A DNA stretch of 36,686 bases from Anaerolineales bacterium (GCA_046704785.1 JBJKRF010000136.1:1-36686), one strand, 5' to 3'. Positions 1 to 9,076 are shown, counted from the stretch's first letter. Notes: a model not told the origin generated them from the sequence alone. Numbers and translations: made by a program.

Positions 1-27
1 ACGCCGGGATGTTTGGAATTTGTCGTG

Positions 28-39
28 TTAATTAATTAA
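28..39. promoter_or_regulatory. Perfect AT-only palindrome TTAATTAATTAA upstream of the copper-gene cluster; candidate operator or UP-like element
   Basis: A 12-nt perfect palindrome made only of A and T sits in an otherwise GC-rich spacer, about 180 nt upstream of the first copper gene. No matching regulator lies in the window. Confidence 0.2.
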
Positions 40-51
40 TGTTGGGGTTGG

Positions 52-71
52 GGGGGCAGGCAACTGCCCCC
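52..71. other. GC-rich hairpin (GGGGGCAG-gcaa-CTGCCCCC)
   Basis: 8-bp perfect stem with a 4-nt loop and no following T-run. It may terminate an upstream gene that lies outside the window. Confidence 0.3.
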
Positions 72-218
72 ACATCCCCATAAATTTGCCCCATGCTTTG
101 GAATGTAAGCCTGCTCTTTTAATCCACCACAACCGGAGCAAAACGAGCCTCTAAGCAATGATTAATGCGGATGTGATACCCTTTTGCCCGGTTGACCACA
201 AACTAAGGAGAGAGTACT

Positions 219-782
219 ATGTCGAAAAGAACACTTTTTATCGGTTGCGTGGTCAGTTTAACGGCAGCCCTGTTCAGCTTCGGAATCGCCCTGGCCCACA
301 CCACGGTCCACGTCGGCAAATATGATGTGGAAGTCGGCTGGGTGCAGGAACCGCCCATCGTCGGACAGCAGAACGACGTCGTCGTCAACGTCGACAACCC
401 GTCCGACAGCAGTGAAGTGGTCGACATTTCCAAATTGGTCGTGAACGTCTCTTATGGAGGCCAGACCAAAACCCTGACGCTGCAGCCCCTGAGCGAAGAC
501 ACCACCAACCAGTACGTCGCGCCCATCCTGCCCACCGTCGCCGGGCAGTACACCGTCCAACTCCGTGGCCAGCTCGGAAGCAACGCGGCGGTCGATACCG
601 ACGTGCAGCCGGAAGAAGTCAGCCCGGACGATGTGCTGGCCTTCCCAAGCACCGCCGCGCAAACGCAAAGCCAGGGAGCAACGTTCAGCTGGAGCGACTG
701 GTTGGCAATAATCGGGGGCATCGCCGGATTGGCCGGGCTGGTGCTGGGCTTTCTGGCCTTCCAAAAGGCGCATAAGGCCTGA
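219..782 (+). CDS. Secreted, C-terminally membrane-anchored putative copper-binding protein (YcnI/DUF1775-like, N-terminal His after the signal peptide)
   Basis: ATG at 219 follows a strong AAGGAGAGAG RBS. A signal peptide ends in ALA-H, so the mature N-terminus is His (His-brace style). The product is beta-rich, with a C-terminal TM helix and a basic tail like B. subtilis YcnI. It lies directly upstream of the CopC-CopD gene. Family assignment is by eye only. Confidence 0.5.
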   Translation: MSKRTLFIGCVVSLTAALFSFGIALAHTTVHVGKYDVEVGWVQEPPIVGQQNDVVVNVDNPSDSSEVVDISKLVVNVSYGGQTKTLTLQPLSEDTTNQYVAPILPTVAGQYTVQLRGQLGSNAAVDTDVQPEEVSPDDVLAFPSTAAQTQSQGATFSWSDWLAIIGGIAGLAGLVLGFLAFQKAHKA

Positions 783-815
783 GTCGGATAAAACCGGGCT
801 CACACGAATGGATCA

Positions 816-3026
816 ATGAAAGCGATTAAACGGTTCTTCTTTTTACTGGTTATCGTTTCGCTGTATTGTGCATGGGCGGCCTCACCGGTTTCCGCCCATG
901 CACTTTTATTGCGTTCCAACCCCGCCGCCAACGCCGACCTGCCCAAAGCGCCCGCCCAAGTGGAACTCTACTTTAGCGAACCGGTGGAACCCGGCTTGAG
1001 TTCCATCGAAGTCTACGACTCGAAAGGCAGGCAGGTCGACCTGGGAGACGTGCGCGTCGACTCCAGCGACCCGACGCGTATGACCGTTTCGTTGGGCTCC
1101 CTGTCCGACGGCGTTTACACCGTCTCGTGGAAAGCCATCTCGTCCATCGACGGCCACCTGACGAGCGGATCATTCCCCTTCGCCATCGGCAACGTCAGCG
1201 CCGCCGCGCTGGCAGCCAACCCCGAGGAAAACGGCTCCCAGCTTCCGGCCAGCGCCCTGATCTCGAAGTGGCTGCTGCTGGCCGCGCTGGCGCTCATGGT
1301 CGGCGAAACAGCCTATATTACGCTGGTCTGGAAGCCCTCCCTGGCGCAAATCGAAGGCAAGCTTCCCGAAACCCTGATCCGCCCCACCATCTGGCCGCAA
1401 CTTTACCGCATCGCCCTGGTCGGACTGTTGGCCGGGCTGGCGCTCAACCTGCTCTCCCAGGCCGGGCAGGCCACCGGCAGCGAATTGGCCCTTCCCTGGG
1501 CCAGCGAAACCTACCGCGTCATGATCGAGACGCGCCTGGGCCTGATCTGGCTCGTGCGGCTGGCTCTGTCCCTGGCGTGTCTTTGGCTCGCGCTGGACCA
1601 CTTCGAAAAGGCCTGGAAGCGCTGGGCCGGTTTTGTCTGCGGCCTGGCGCTGCTCCTGACCATCAGCCTGACGGCTCACGCCGCCACCGAAGTGCATCCG
1701 GCCCTGCCGGTGTTCAGCGATTGGGTGCATTTGGTCGGCATGTGCTTTTGGCTTGGCGGGCTGGTCTACCTGCTGACCGGCCTGCGGGAAATCCGCAAAT
1801 TGGAGGGCGCGCAGGCCACCCGGCTGACTTCCCTGTCAACCGGTCACTTTTCGACCCTGGGGCTGGTCAGCGTCGGCGCGCTGGGCGTCACCGGGCTCTA
1901 TGCAGCCTACCTGCGCGTGGGCAGCCTGTCTGCGCTCTACACCACCATTTACGGGCAGGCCTTGCTGCTCAAACAAATCTTCGTGGGATTGCTCCTGGTT
2001 CTGGCCGCCATCAACCTGCTGGTCATCACGCCACGTCTCAAACAGGCGCGTTTGCAGGGCGCCAGCAACACGGAACTCGTGGCGCACTTTGGCAAGACCG
2101 TGCTGGCAGAAGTGATCCTGGCCGGATTACTGCTGGCCAGCGTCAGCCTGTTGACCTACCTACCGCCTGCCAAAGTCACGCCGCCCTCCTTCGACTTGAC
2201 CGGTTCCGCCACCGTGAACGACCTGCACATCGACTTGAAGATTTCGCCGGGCTTTGTGGGGCAGAACACCTTCAGCCTGCAACTGACATCTAACGGCCAG
2301 CCGGTACAGAGCGTCAAACAGGCCTTGCTGCGCTTTACGCCCGCGCAAGGGAGCGTGCCGCCCTCCGAGATCCAACTGCTCGGGCAAGGAAACGGCACCT
2401 ACAGCGTCAAGGGCAGCAACCTGAGCCTGCCGAGCAACTGGCAGGTCCAGGTCGTGGTACGGCGCGAGAACAAGTTCGACGCCTACGCCAATTTCAACTT
2501 CCAGGTGGGTGCGCCCGGAAGCAGCAGTGAGAGTCCTTATACGCCACGGGTGGCAGGCGCCTTACTGCTGCTAAACGGTTTGTTGCTGGGCCTGATATGG
2601 TTCCCCAAGCAACGGCGTTTCACGCTGCGCCTCGGCGGGGCCAGTCTGCTCGTGCTGGTGCTGCTGGCCGAAGGCATCTTCGTGGTCACCCGCCCCATTT
2701 CCAACATCAACAGCCAAGCCAATCCCATCCCACCCGACGCCCAATCCATCGCGGCGGGCAAAGCCATCTACGAGACTCACTGCGTGGAATGCCACGGAAA
2801 AGACGGAAAAGGCGACGGGCCGCTCGGCAAGACGTTGATCCCGCGCCCGGCAGACTTCACGGTACACGCCGTCCCCGGCGTGCACACCGACGCGCAGCTC
2901 TTCGAATGGATCACCAACGGCTTCCCCGGTTCGGCCATGCCCGCCTGGAAATCGAAGCTTTCAGACACGGACCGCTGGGACCTGGTCAACTTCCTGCGCA
3001 CATTTGCGCCACAACAATCTCCTTAA
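816..3026 (+). CDS. CopC-CopD fusion copper transporter (YcnJ-like) with extra YtkA-like and C-terminal class-I cytochrome c domains
   Basis: The N-terminal CopC domain matches the family motif (mature HALLLRSNPAANA...VELYFSEPVEP). A polytopic CopD-like TM core follows. An extracytoplasmic beta domain (DLHIDLKISPGF...TFSLQL) is followed by two more TM helices. The C-terminus carries CVECHG (CxxCH heme motif) and a GSAMPAW Met-ligand region. Confidence 0.8.
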   Translation: MKAIKRFFFLLVIVSLYCAWAASPVSAHALLLRSNPAANADLPKAPAQVELYFSEPVEPGLSSIEVYDSKGRQVDLGDVRVDSSDPTRMTVSLGSLSDGVYTVSWKAISSIDGHLTSGSFPFAIGNVSAAALAANPEENGSQLPASALISKWLLLAALALMVGETAYITLVWKPSLAQIEGKLPETLIRPTIWPQLYRIALVGLLAGLALNLLSQAGQATGSELALPWASETYRVMIETRLGLIWLVRLALSLACLWLALDHFEKAWKRWAGFVCGLALLLTISLTAHAATEVHPALPVFSDWVHLVGMCFWLGGLVYLLTGLREIRKLEGAQATRLTSLSTGHFSTLGLVSVGALGVTGLYAAYLRVGSLSALYTTIYGQALLLKQIFVGLLLVLAAINLLVITPRLKQARLQGASNTELVAHFGKTVLAEVILAGLLLASVSLLTYLPPAKVTPPSFDLTGSATVNDLHIDLKISPGFVGQNTFSLQLTSNGQPVQSVKQALLRFTPAQGSVPPSEIQLLGQGNGTYSVKGSNLSLPSNWQVQVVVRRENKFDAYANFNFQVGAPGSSSESPYTPRVAGALLLLNGLLLGLIWFPKQRRFTLRLGGASLLVLVLLAEGIFVVTRPISNINSQANPIPPDAQSIAAGKAIYETHCVECHGKDGKGDGPLGKTLIPRPADFTVHAVPGVHTDAQLFEWITNGFPGSAMPAWKSKLSDTDRWDLVNFLRTFAPQQSP

Positions 3027-3058
3027 AAAGCAGGTTCATGCTCCTCGAAAGATCCACA

Positions 3059-4228
3059 ATGAAAAAATATATGATTTTGTTCTGGCAATTGGTCTTCGTT
3101 CTCGCGCTCTTCGGCTGCTCGGTAAGCGTACCGCAAACACCGGCCGTCACACCGTCGCCGCCGAGTGTCACGCTTCCGCCGCTGGTTTCGCCCAGCCCGG
3201 CTGCAAACGCAAGCGCACAAACCAACCTGGGAAATCCTTCCCTACCTTCGACGACCCTACCGATCACCTGGAGCAACTTGAATTTAAGCGGGAAACTGGT
3301 GTACATCAGCGCAGACCAAAGCGGAAACTCGCCTTTAATGCGCATCCAGTCGCTTGACTTAAGCACTGGCACCATCACGACCATTTTCCAGGCCACCGGC
3401 GGCGCCTGGATCTACTTCGTCACCGTCTCACCGGACGAGAAACAACTGGTCATGGCCTACACACCGCCAACGGCCAACAACGCCAACAGCCAGCAGGCGC
3501 TCTATATCATGCCTACCGACGGCTCCAAGCCGCCGCAACTACTCTTCCTGCCGGCCTCCCCAGACGACGAGTACCTCCAGCCCGCCTTCTCGCCGGATGG
3601 GAAATATCTGTATTTCACGCACGTCAACTTCTCTGCGCCGCCCAAAATGCAGGGAGAACATTATCCCATCTACGAGGTCTACCGCATGGCCTTCCCCGAC
3701 GGCCAGCCGGAAAAACTGGTGGATCAGGCCTTCTGGCCGCGCCTGTCGTGGGACGGCTCGCGCCTGGCCTACGTAACCGTCAACCCCGTAGACGGCACCA
3801 ACCAACTCTATGTCGCCAACCCCGACGGCACCAACTCGACGCAGATCAACCTGACCGCCGGCGGCAGTCCACAGATTATCGACGCCCCGGCCTTCTCGCC
3901 GGACAACCAGTCGCTGCTGTACAGCGCCGTAGACCCGACAACCCAGTCAGCCCAACCCAATTGGTGGGAACGCCTGCTAGGCATCGGAATCGTCTCGGCG
4001 CACACCGTCCCTTCCGACTGGTGGTCTGTGCCGTTGGCGGGCGGCGCGCCCACACAGTTGACCCATATCGCCGCCCTGGGGCTGTTTGCCAGCGTTTCGC
4101 CCGACAAGCAGTACCTCGCCAGTTACAGCGGAAGCGGTCTGTTCGTCATGAAACCGGACGGCAGTCAATTGTCGGTGCTGGTCAGTGATCTGGGCGGCGT
4201 ACCCGGCACGGTCAACTGGTTGCCGTAA
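3059..4228 (+). CDS. Lipoprotein with TolB/PD40-like beta-propeller repeats
   Basis: Lipoprotein signal MKKYMILFWQLVFVLALFGC, then a Pro/Ser-rich linker. Repeated (F)SPDGK/SPDNQ motifs are typical of PD40/WD40-like propellers. An alternative ATG at 3038 (MLLERST...) is in frame. Only the 3' part of supplied ORF 2597-4228 is coding. Confidence 0.65.
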   Translation: MKKYMILFWQLVFVLALFGCSVSVPQTPAVTPSPPSVTLPPLVSPSPAANASAQTNLGNPSLPSTTLPITWSNLNLSGKLVYISADQSGNSPLMRIQSLDLSTGTITTIFQATGGAWIYFVTVSPDEKQLVMAYTPPTANNANSQQALYIMPTDGSKPPQLLFLPASPDDEYLQPAFSPDGKYLYFTHVNFSAPPKMQGEHYPIYEVYRMAFPDGQPEKLVDQAFWPRLSWDGSRLAYVTVNPVDGTNQLYVANPDGTNSTQINLTAGGSPQIIDAPAFSPDNQSLLYSAVDPTTQSAQPNWWERLLGIGIVSAHTVPSDWWSVPLAGGAPTQLTHIAALGLFASVSPDKQYLASYSGSGLFVMKPDGSQLSVLVSDLGGVPGTVNWLP

Positions 4229-4330
4229 GCCAACAAAGAGATTCTCACCTCGACAAACGACCCTCTCTTTTTCCCTACATTCCTACGTTCTTCTAACGTT
4301 CCACTGGTACAATCCAGCCAATATTCCATT

Positions 4331-4350
4331 GCCCTGCCGCACGGCAGGGC
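4331..4350. other. Intergenic hairpin GCCCTGCC-gcac-GGCAGGGC
   Basis: 8-bp perfect stem between the propeller lipoprotein gene and the GNAT gene, with no T-run. Confidence 0.3.
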
Positions 4351-4369
4351 AGCTTTGCGGAAAAAAGAG

Positions 4370-5389
4370 ATGGATTTCAAATTACACACAAGCTTCGAAA
4401 CCCTGGAGCCGCTCTCTGCGGCCTGGAACGACCTGCTCGACCGTAGCATCAGCAACGCGCCCTTCCTGCGCTACGAATACCTGTCCACCTGGTGGTCTAC
4501 GCTGGGCGGCGGCGAATGGGAAACGGCCCGCCTGGCGGTCGTCAGCGCGCACGAAGACGGGCAACTTATCGGCGTAGCGCCGCTCTTTTTGACGGCCAAC
4601 CGCGACGGGCAGCCCGCCCTGATGCTGTTGGGCAGCATCGAGATTTCAGACGTTCTGGACCTTATCGTCCGCCCGCAGCAGGTCGTCCCCTTCCTGGCCG
4701 GATTGCTGGACACGTTAGAGTCGAACGCCCCGGAAGCCTGGTTGCTGCTCGACTGGTACAACCTGCCCGAAACGTCTCCCACATTGTCGGCGCTGAAAGC
4801 CGAGGCAACCCAACGCGGCTGGACGTACACCCAGGAAATCTACCAACCCAGTCCCTACATTCCGCTGCCCGGCGACTTCGAGCAATACCTGGCCGGCATC
4901 GACAAGAAGCAACGCCATGAAATCCGCCGCAAAATGCGCCGCTTTGAAGAAAGTGGGCGCAACGGGCGCTGGTATATCGTGGATGAAGAGAGCGCCCTCG
5001 ATTCCGAGATGGACAGCCTGCTGACAATGATGGCTCGCGACCCCGAAAAGGAGGCTTTCCTGACGGAGGTCATGCGCTCACAGATGAAAGCCGCCGTACA
5101 CGCGGCTTTTCGGGCCGGCTGGCTGCAACTGGCCTTTCTGGAAGTCGACGGGGAAAAAGCCGCCGGGTACCTCAACTTCGACTACGCCAACCGCATCTGG
5201 GTCTACAACTCCGGCCTGGACCCGCGTTTTATGGAATTCTCGCCCGGTTGGGTGCTGACAAGCTACCTGATGCGCTGGGCCAACGAGCACAAACGCAGTG
5301 AATTCGATTTTCTGCGCGGCGACGAAGAATACAAATACAAGTTCGGCGGTGTGAACCGTCACGTCTTGCGCGTACGCGTAACCCGATGA
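4370..5389 (+). CDS. GNAT-fold acyltransferase of the BioF2/CelD/FemAB-like family
   Basis: A C-terminal EYKYKFGG motif and overall length fit BioF2-like/CelD-type acetyltransferases (Acetyltransf_6-like). The supplied ORF starts at TTG 4355. ATG 4370 (MDFKL) was chosen. Confidence 0.65.
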   Translation: MDFKLHTSFETLEPLSAAWNDLLDRSISNAPFLRYEYLSTWWSTLGGGEWETARLAVVSAHEDGQLIGVAPLFLTANRDGQPALMLLGSIEISDVLDLIVRPQQVVPFLAGLLDTLESNAPEAWLLLDWYNLPETSPTLSALKAEATQRGWTYTQEIYQPSPYIPLPGDFEQYLAGIDKKQRHEIRRKMRRFEESGRNGRWYIVDEESALDSEMDSLLTMMARDPEKEAFLTEVMRSQMKAAVHAAFRAGWLQLAFLEVDGEKAAGYLNFDYANRIWVYNSGLDPRFMEFSPGWVLTSYLMRWANEHKRSEFDFLRGDEEYKYKFGGVNRHVLRVRVTR

Positions 5390-5582
5390 AAGGCGGCCTG
5401 CGGGCCGTTTTTCGTTTATGCAAGAGGCGCATTTTTCCGTCGAGGGGGAATTTCCGAAGAGACAACCGCGCGAAATCCCTACCCGCAAATCCTAAACATG
5501 AACTCGCAAGTTTCTTGCGGGTGAAATTATTGTATACTTTTTACAGGTTGTTCTTTTGCTTTCAGTCCGGGAGGGCAAACGC

Positions 5583-6479
5583 ATGAGTACATCCAGTCAA
5601 AAAAAGCCAAAGCGTGGTTTCACGCTCAGCGCCAATCAGGTGACGATTATCACCGTCATCATCACCAGCATCCTCGCACCCGTAATCCTGATCTTTGTCA
5701 ACCGGGCAGCGCAAGCCCCACCGGCGTCCCCGACGACAACGCTCAGTCTTGCCAGCCCCACGGCTACCGACACCCCGCTTCCCCCAAGCCCTACCGTCAC
5801 AGCCACCAGCACGGCCACACCACTCCCCACCGACACTCTCACACCAACTCCTACAGCAACCGCCAGCCCCCAGCCCGGCATAGACCTGTCGGCCGGATGC
5901 GTCTACCAGGGAAACTGGCAGGCCTATCCTGCCGGCCAGAAAGTCGGCGTGGATGCCAACGGCTGTCTCCAGTTACCCTCGGCGTGGGGCATCACGCTTT
6001 CATCTGGGAGTCTAACGCTGTTCAACCCGGCTCTGGGTGAGCAACGCGGCATATTCGGAATCTATACCGACTTCCCCGACACAGGACAACTCAAATTTAC
6101 CATTACCGCCAAATCGACCGCCGGCGCCGAATTTTGGATCGGATTCTTCGACTCAGGCTCAGACCCACTGACCAACGGGACCTACTTTGCGATGACGCCC
6201 AACGGCGGATTCCGCGTTGTCAGCGTCCAGGACCAGATCGAAAACAAACAGACCACCGACAATGCCCTGGGCACGCCGCCCCAGACGTTGACCATCAGCG
6301 TCGATGCCAACCGTCTGACCAGCATCAAAGGCCAGGACTTCACAAAGGCCTCCGTCGGAATCTTCAACACGATCCAAATCCCCTACCCACACAAACTCTT
6401 CATCGGCTATTACACGTACAATGAAAATTTTATCGGGTTAGACGTGACCCTTTCCAACATCCAGATCATCACGCCCTAA
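5583..6479 (+). CDS. Membrane-anchored hypothetical protein with Pro/Thr-rich linker and C-terminal beta-rich domain
   Basis: ATG 5583 with GGGAGGG RBS. A basic N-terminus is followed by a TM helix (VTIITVIITSILAPVILIFV), then an about 60-aa PT-rich low-complexity linker, then an about 200-aa Gly/Thr/Asn-rich globular domain. I recognise no family for it. Confidence 0.6.
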   Translation: MSTSSQKKPKRGFTLSANQVTIITVIITSILAPVILIFVNRAAQAPPASPTTTLSLASPTATDTPLPPSPTVTATSTATPLPTDTLTPTPTATASPQPGIDLSAGCVYQGNWQAYPAGQKVGVDANGCLQLPSAWGITLSSGSLTLFNPALGEQRGIFGIYTDFPDTGQLKFTITAKSTAGAEFWIGFFDSGSDPLTNGTYFAMTPNGGFRVVSVQDQIENKQTTDNALGTPPQTLTISVDANRLTSIKGQDFTKASVGIFNTIQIPYPHKLFIGYYTYNENFIGLDVTLSNIQIITP

Positions 6480-6496
6480 ACCGAATTGCACATCCA

Positions 6497-6532
6497 AACG
6501 AGCCCTGTTGTTGCGACAGGGCTCGTTTTTTC
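6497..6532 (+). terminator. Rho-independent terminator after 5583-6479
   Basis: GAGCCCTGT-tgttgcg-ACAGGGCTC stem followed by TTTTTT. Confidence 0.7.
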
Positions 6533-6681
6533 ATCAAAGATTGGGGCCCGTGGGTTGACGGCTGGATATCCTTGCATCTCACGAATTCCTGGCGAGTCAA
6601 AAATCTCAAAGCCAGTTTGGCGCATCTACGTGGCAGTGGAGTATACTTTGCCCATATTCCCGCTTTGGGAGGAGCTATGTT

Positions 6682-7587
6682 ATGAAACGTGCTGTCAGCA
6701 TTAGTATTGGTTCATCCAAGCGCAATAAAGCCATAGAAGTTGACTTGTTGGGCGAGAAGGTGAGCATCGAGCGCATCGGCACCGACGGTGACATGGATGC
6801 GGCGGCCCTCAAATATAAAGAGTTGGACGGCCAGGTGGACGCCTTCGGCGTTGGCGGCGCCGACCTGGGTCTGATGGTCGATGATCGTTGGTATCCGCTC
6901 TACTCGGTGCAGCCCATGGTACGCTACATCCAGAAAACGCCCGTTGTGGATGGCGCCGGCTTGAAGAATACCCTGGAGAACCGAAGCGCGCCCTTTCTGG
7001 AGTCGAAGCTCAAAGACTACATCGAAAAGAACGGCGGGCGAAAAGTCTTCGTGGTCAGCGGCGCGGATCGTTGGGGCATGACCTCTGGCTTCCTGGATGC
7101 CGGCTACGAGGCCGCCTTCGGCGACCTGATGTTCGGACTCGACATCCCGATTGCGCTGCACACCGCCCAACAGTTGAAGACCTTGGCCAAGTTTTTGATG
7201 CCTGTCGCCGGGCGGCTGCCCTTCGAATGGGTTTACCCGACCGGGGAGAAGCAGGAACACCGCACCCCCAAATGGGAGAAATTCTATCACTGGGGAACCG
7301 TCATCGCCGGAGACTGTCACTACATCAAACACTGCATCCCCGATGGCATGGACGGCAAAATCATCGTCACCAACACCACCACGCCCGAAGATGTGGAACT
7401 CTTCCGTTCGTTGGGCGTCAAATACCTGATCACCACCACGCCGGTACTGGACGGTCGCTCGTTCGGCACCAATATGATGGAAGCCGCGTTGGTGGCCGTT
7501 TCTGGCAAAGGACGCGCCCTGACCCGAGACGAATACAATGAAATGCTGAATCAGCTCGGCTTCGAGCCTCAATTGCAGGAATTGTAG
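6682..7587 (+). CDS. Uncharacterised conserved protein, tentatively AroM-like family (relatives are often labelled quinate 5-dehydrogenase)
   Basis: ATG 6682 with GGGAGGAG RBS. The N-terminus VSISIGSSKR...IERIGTDGDMD...VDAFGVGGADL recalls proteins annotated AroM or quinate 5-dehydrogenase in Firmicutes. That assignment rests on memory only. The longer antisense ORF 6712-7647 is rejected. Confidence 0.5.
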   Translation: MKRAVSISIGSSKRNKAIEVDLLGEKVSIERIGTDGDMDAAALKYKELDGQVDAFGVGGADLGLMVDDRWYPLYSVQPMVRYIQKTPVVDGAGLKNTLENRSAPFLESKLKDYIEKNGGRKVFVVSGADRWGMTSGFLDAGYEAAFGDLMFGLDIPIALHTAQQLKTLAKFLMPVAGRLPFEWVYPTGEKQEHRTPKWEKFYHWGTVIAGDCHYIKHCIPDGMDGKIIVTNTTTPEDVELFRSLGVKYLITTTPVLDGRSFGTNMMEAALVAVSGKGRALTRDEYNEMLNQLGFEPQLQEL

Positions 7588-7717
7588 CCAGCCAAGAAAG
7601 AACAAGAAGAAATTCGACCCGCTTTTTGAAATACCAGACTTTTGCAATGGGAATGTCTTTTTATAGTCAAGTTATCACGATCAGAGAGCCGGGATGCGCC
7701 CGGCGTGAGGAGTCAGG

Positions 7718-8494
7718 ATGGACGCAATCATAACCGCCGGCGGGATTCCATTGCCAGAAGACCCGCTTTATTCATATACAAACGGCAATTCGAAAGCCAT
7801 GCTTGATGTGGCCGGGACGCCCATGATCCAGTGGATACTGAACGCTCTCTCCACAGCCAAGAAAGTGGATCGGGTCATCATCGTCGGGCTGACAGAGAAA
7901 AGCGGGGTCACCTGTGAAAAACCTTTGTTCTTCGTACAGAACCAGGGTGGCATGCTGGCAAACATCATCGCCGGCGTAAACAAAGTACTCGAACTGGAGC
8001 CGAAGACGGAATACACTTTGCTGATTTCATCCGACATTCCCGCTCTGACCGGCGAGATGGTGGACTGGCTGATCAGCAAATCCGAAAAAACGGAAGACGA
8101 CATCTACTACGGCGTCATCCCGCGCGATGTGATGGAGAACCGTTTCCCCAACTCGCGGCGCACCTGGACTCACTTGAAAGATATGGATGTCTGCGGGGCG
8201 GACTTGAGCGTCTCTCACGTACGGATGGCAACCGAGCACCTCGACCTGTGGGAGGCCCTGATTGGCAAGCGAAAATCGCCACTTCGTCAGGCAGGCCTGA
8301 TTGGTCTGGACACGCTACTGCTCCTGGCGCTGCGCCAACTCACATTGGAAGATACAGTGGAACGCGTCTGCAAACGGATCGGCATTCGGGGCAAGGCAAT
8401 CGTCTGGCCGTGGGCGGAAGCCGGCATGGATGTAGATAAACCCCACCAGTTGGAGATCGTGCGCGAAGCGTTGACAAATCCACAAACAGAATAA
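7718..8494 (+). CDS. MobA-like NTP-transferase (nucleotidyltransferase) domain protein
   Basis: N-terminal AIITAGG...G.PMIQW...RVIIVG is the classic MobA/CofC/GlmU-type sugar- or cofactor-nucleotidyltransferase motif. GAGGAG RBS precedes ATG 7718. Confidence 0.7.
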   Translation: MDAIITAGGIPLPEDPLYSYTNGNSKAMLDVAGTPMIQWILNALSTAKKVDRVIIVGLTEKSGVTCEKPLFFVQNQGGMLANIIAGVNKVLELEPKTEYTLLISSDIPALTGEMVDWLISKSEKTEDDIYYGVIPRDVMENRFPNSRRTWTHLKDMDVCGADLSVSHVRMATEHLDLWEALIGKRKSPLRQAGLIGLDTLLLLALRQLTLEDTVERVCKRIGIRGKAIVWPWAEAGMDVDKPHQLEIVREALTNPQTE

Positions 8495-8497
8495 CAA

Positions 8498-9076
8498 TTG
8501 GGAATCAATCCATTGAGCACCTTCGAAACGATCTTGCAAAGAGACCGCGACTGGTCCTACGCCCTGCGCGTGGCTGAAAAGCCAGGCTTGCGCCGTACCT
8601 GCGCGATGGTCTTCGCCCACTCTGGAGACTCGTGGTTCTGGGGCCTGGGGATGGTGATTTTGTGGCTGTTGGGGAATCCGTTCTGGAAGAAATGGGCGTT
8701 CTATGAACTATTCTGGATCTCCGTGCTGGCTGCCGTTGTCATGACGCTTAAATTCATCATTCGCCGGCGTCGGCCCGAAGGCGAGTGGGGAGCGATCTAT
8801 CGCAACACCGACCCGCATTCATTTCCATCAGGACATGCCGCACGCTCCTTCCTGATTGCCCTGCTGGCGACTTTCCTCGGTCCGAGTTGGTTGGTCGTCG
8901 TACTATGGGTTTGGGCGCCGCTGGTCTCGGTTGCGCGTGTGGCAATGGGGCTGCACTATCTGTCAGATGTGGTTGCCGGGCTGATGATCGGCCTGCTGGC
9001 CGGGTTGATCGGCTACCAGCTTTCAGGGCATTTCTTTGCCGCCCTGCAAACACTGATCAGTCTGCCCCTCTGGTAA
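8498..9076 (+). CDS. PAP2-family (type 2 phosphatidic acid phosphatase) membrane phosphatase
   Basis: The three PAP2 motifs are present: K...RRRRP, PSGHA and ARVAMGLHYLSDVVAG (SRxxxxxHxxxD). There are several TM helices. The start is an apparent TTG, 3 nt after the upstream stop, which suggests translational coupling. The exact start is uncertain. Confidence 0.7.
   Translation: MGINPLSTFETILQRDRDWSYALRVAEKPGLRRTCAMVFAHSGDSWFWGLGMVILWLLGNPFWKKWAFYELFWISVLAAVVMTLKFIIRRRRPEGEWGAIYRNTDPHSFPSGHAARSFLIALLATFLGPSWLVVVLWVWAPLVSVARVAMGLHYLSDVVAGLMIGLLAGLIGYQLSGHFFAALQTLISLPLW

Noticed and set aside
191-196. TTGACC as a -35 element for the first gene
   Set aside because: It lies only about 23 nt from the start codon and overlaps the RBS region, so the geometry is wrong for a promoter.
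1127-2293. 388-aa plus-frame ORF, and also 1170-1730 and 258-803 on the minus strand, all inside or antisense to the copper genes
   Set aside because: They are Arg/Pro/Gly-rich translations of alternative frames within the CopC-CopD gene and have no start signals.
2597-3058. N-terminal 154 codons of supplied ORF 2597-4228
   Set aside because: This part overlaps the 3' end of the CopD-cytochrome c gene in another frame. The real gene starts at the lipoprotein signal (ATG 3059, or possibly 3038).
5700-5880. Pro/Thr-rich repetitive DNA as a possible repeat array or CRISPR-like region
   Set aside because: It is an in-frame low-complexity linker within a coding sequence. There are no regular repeat-spacer units.
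6712-7647. 311-aa minus-strand ORF antisense to the 6682-7587 gene
   Set aside because: It is typical high-GC antisense ORF noise: an RBS-less, Gly/Arg-rich translation. The plus-strand ORF has a strong RBS and a protein-like, family-like sequence.
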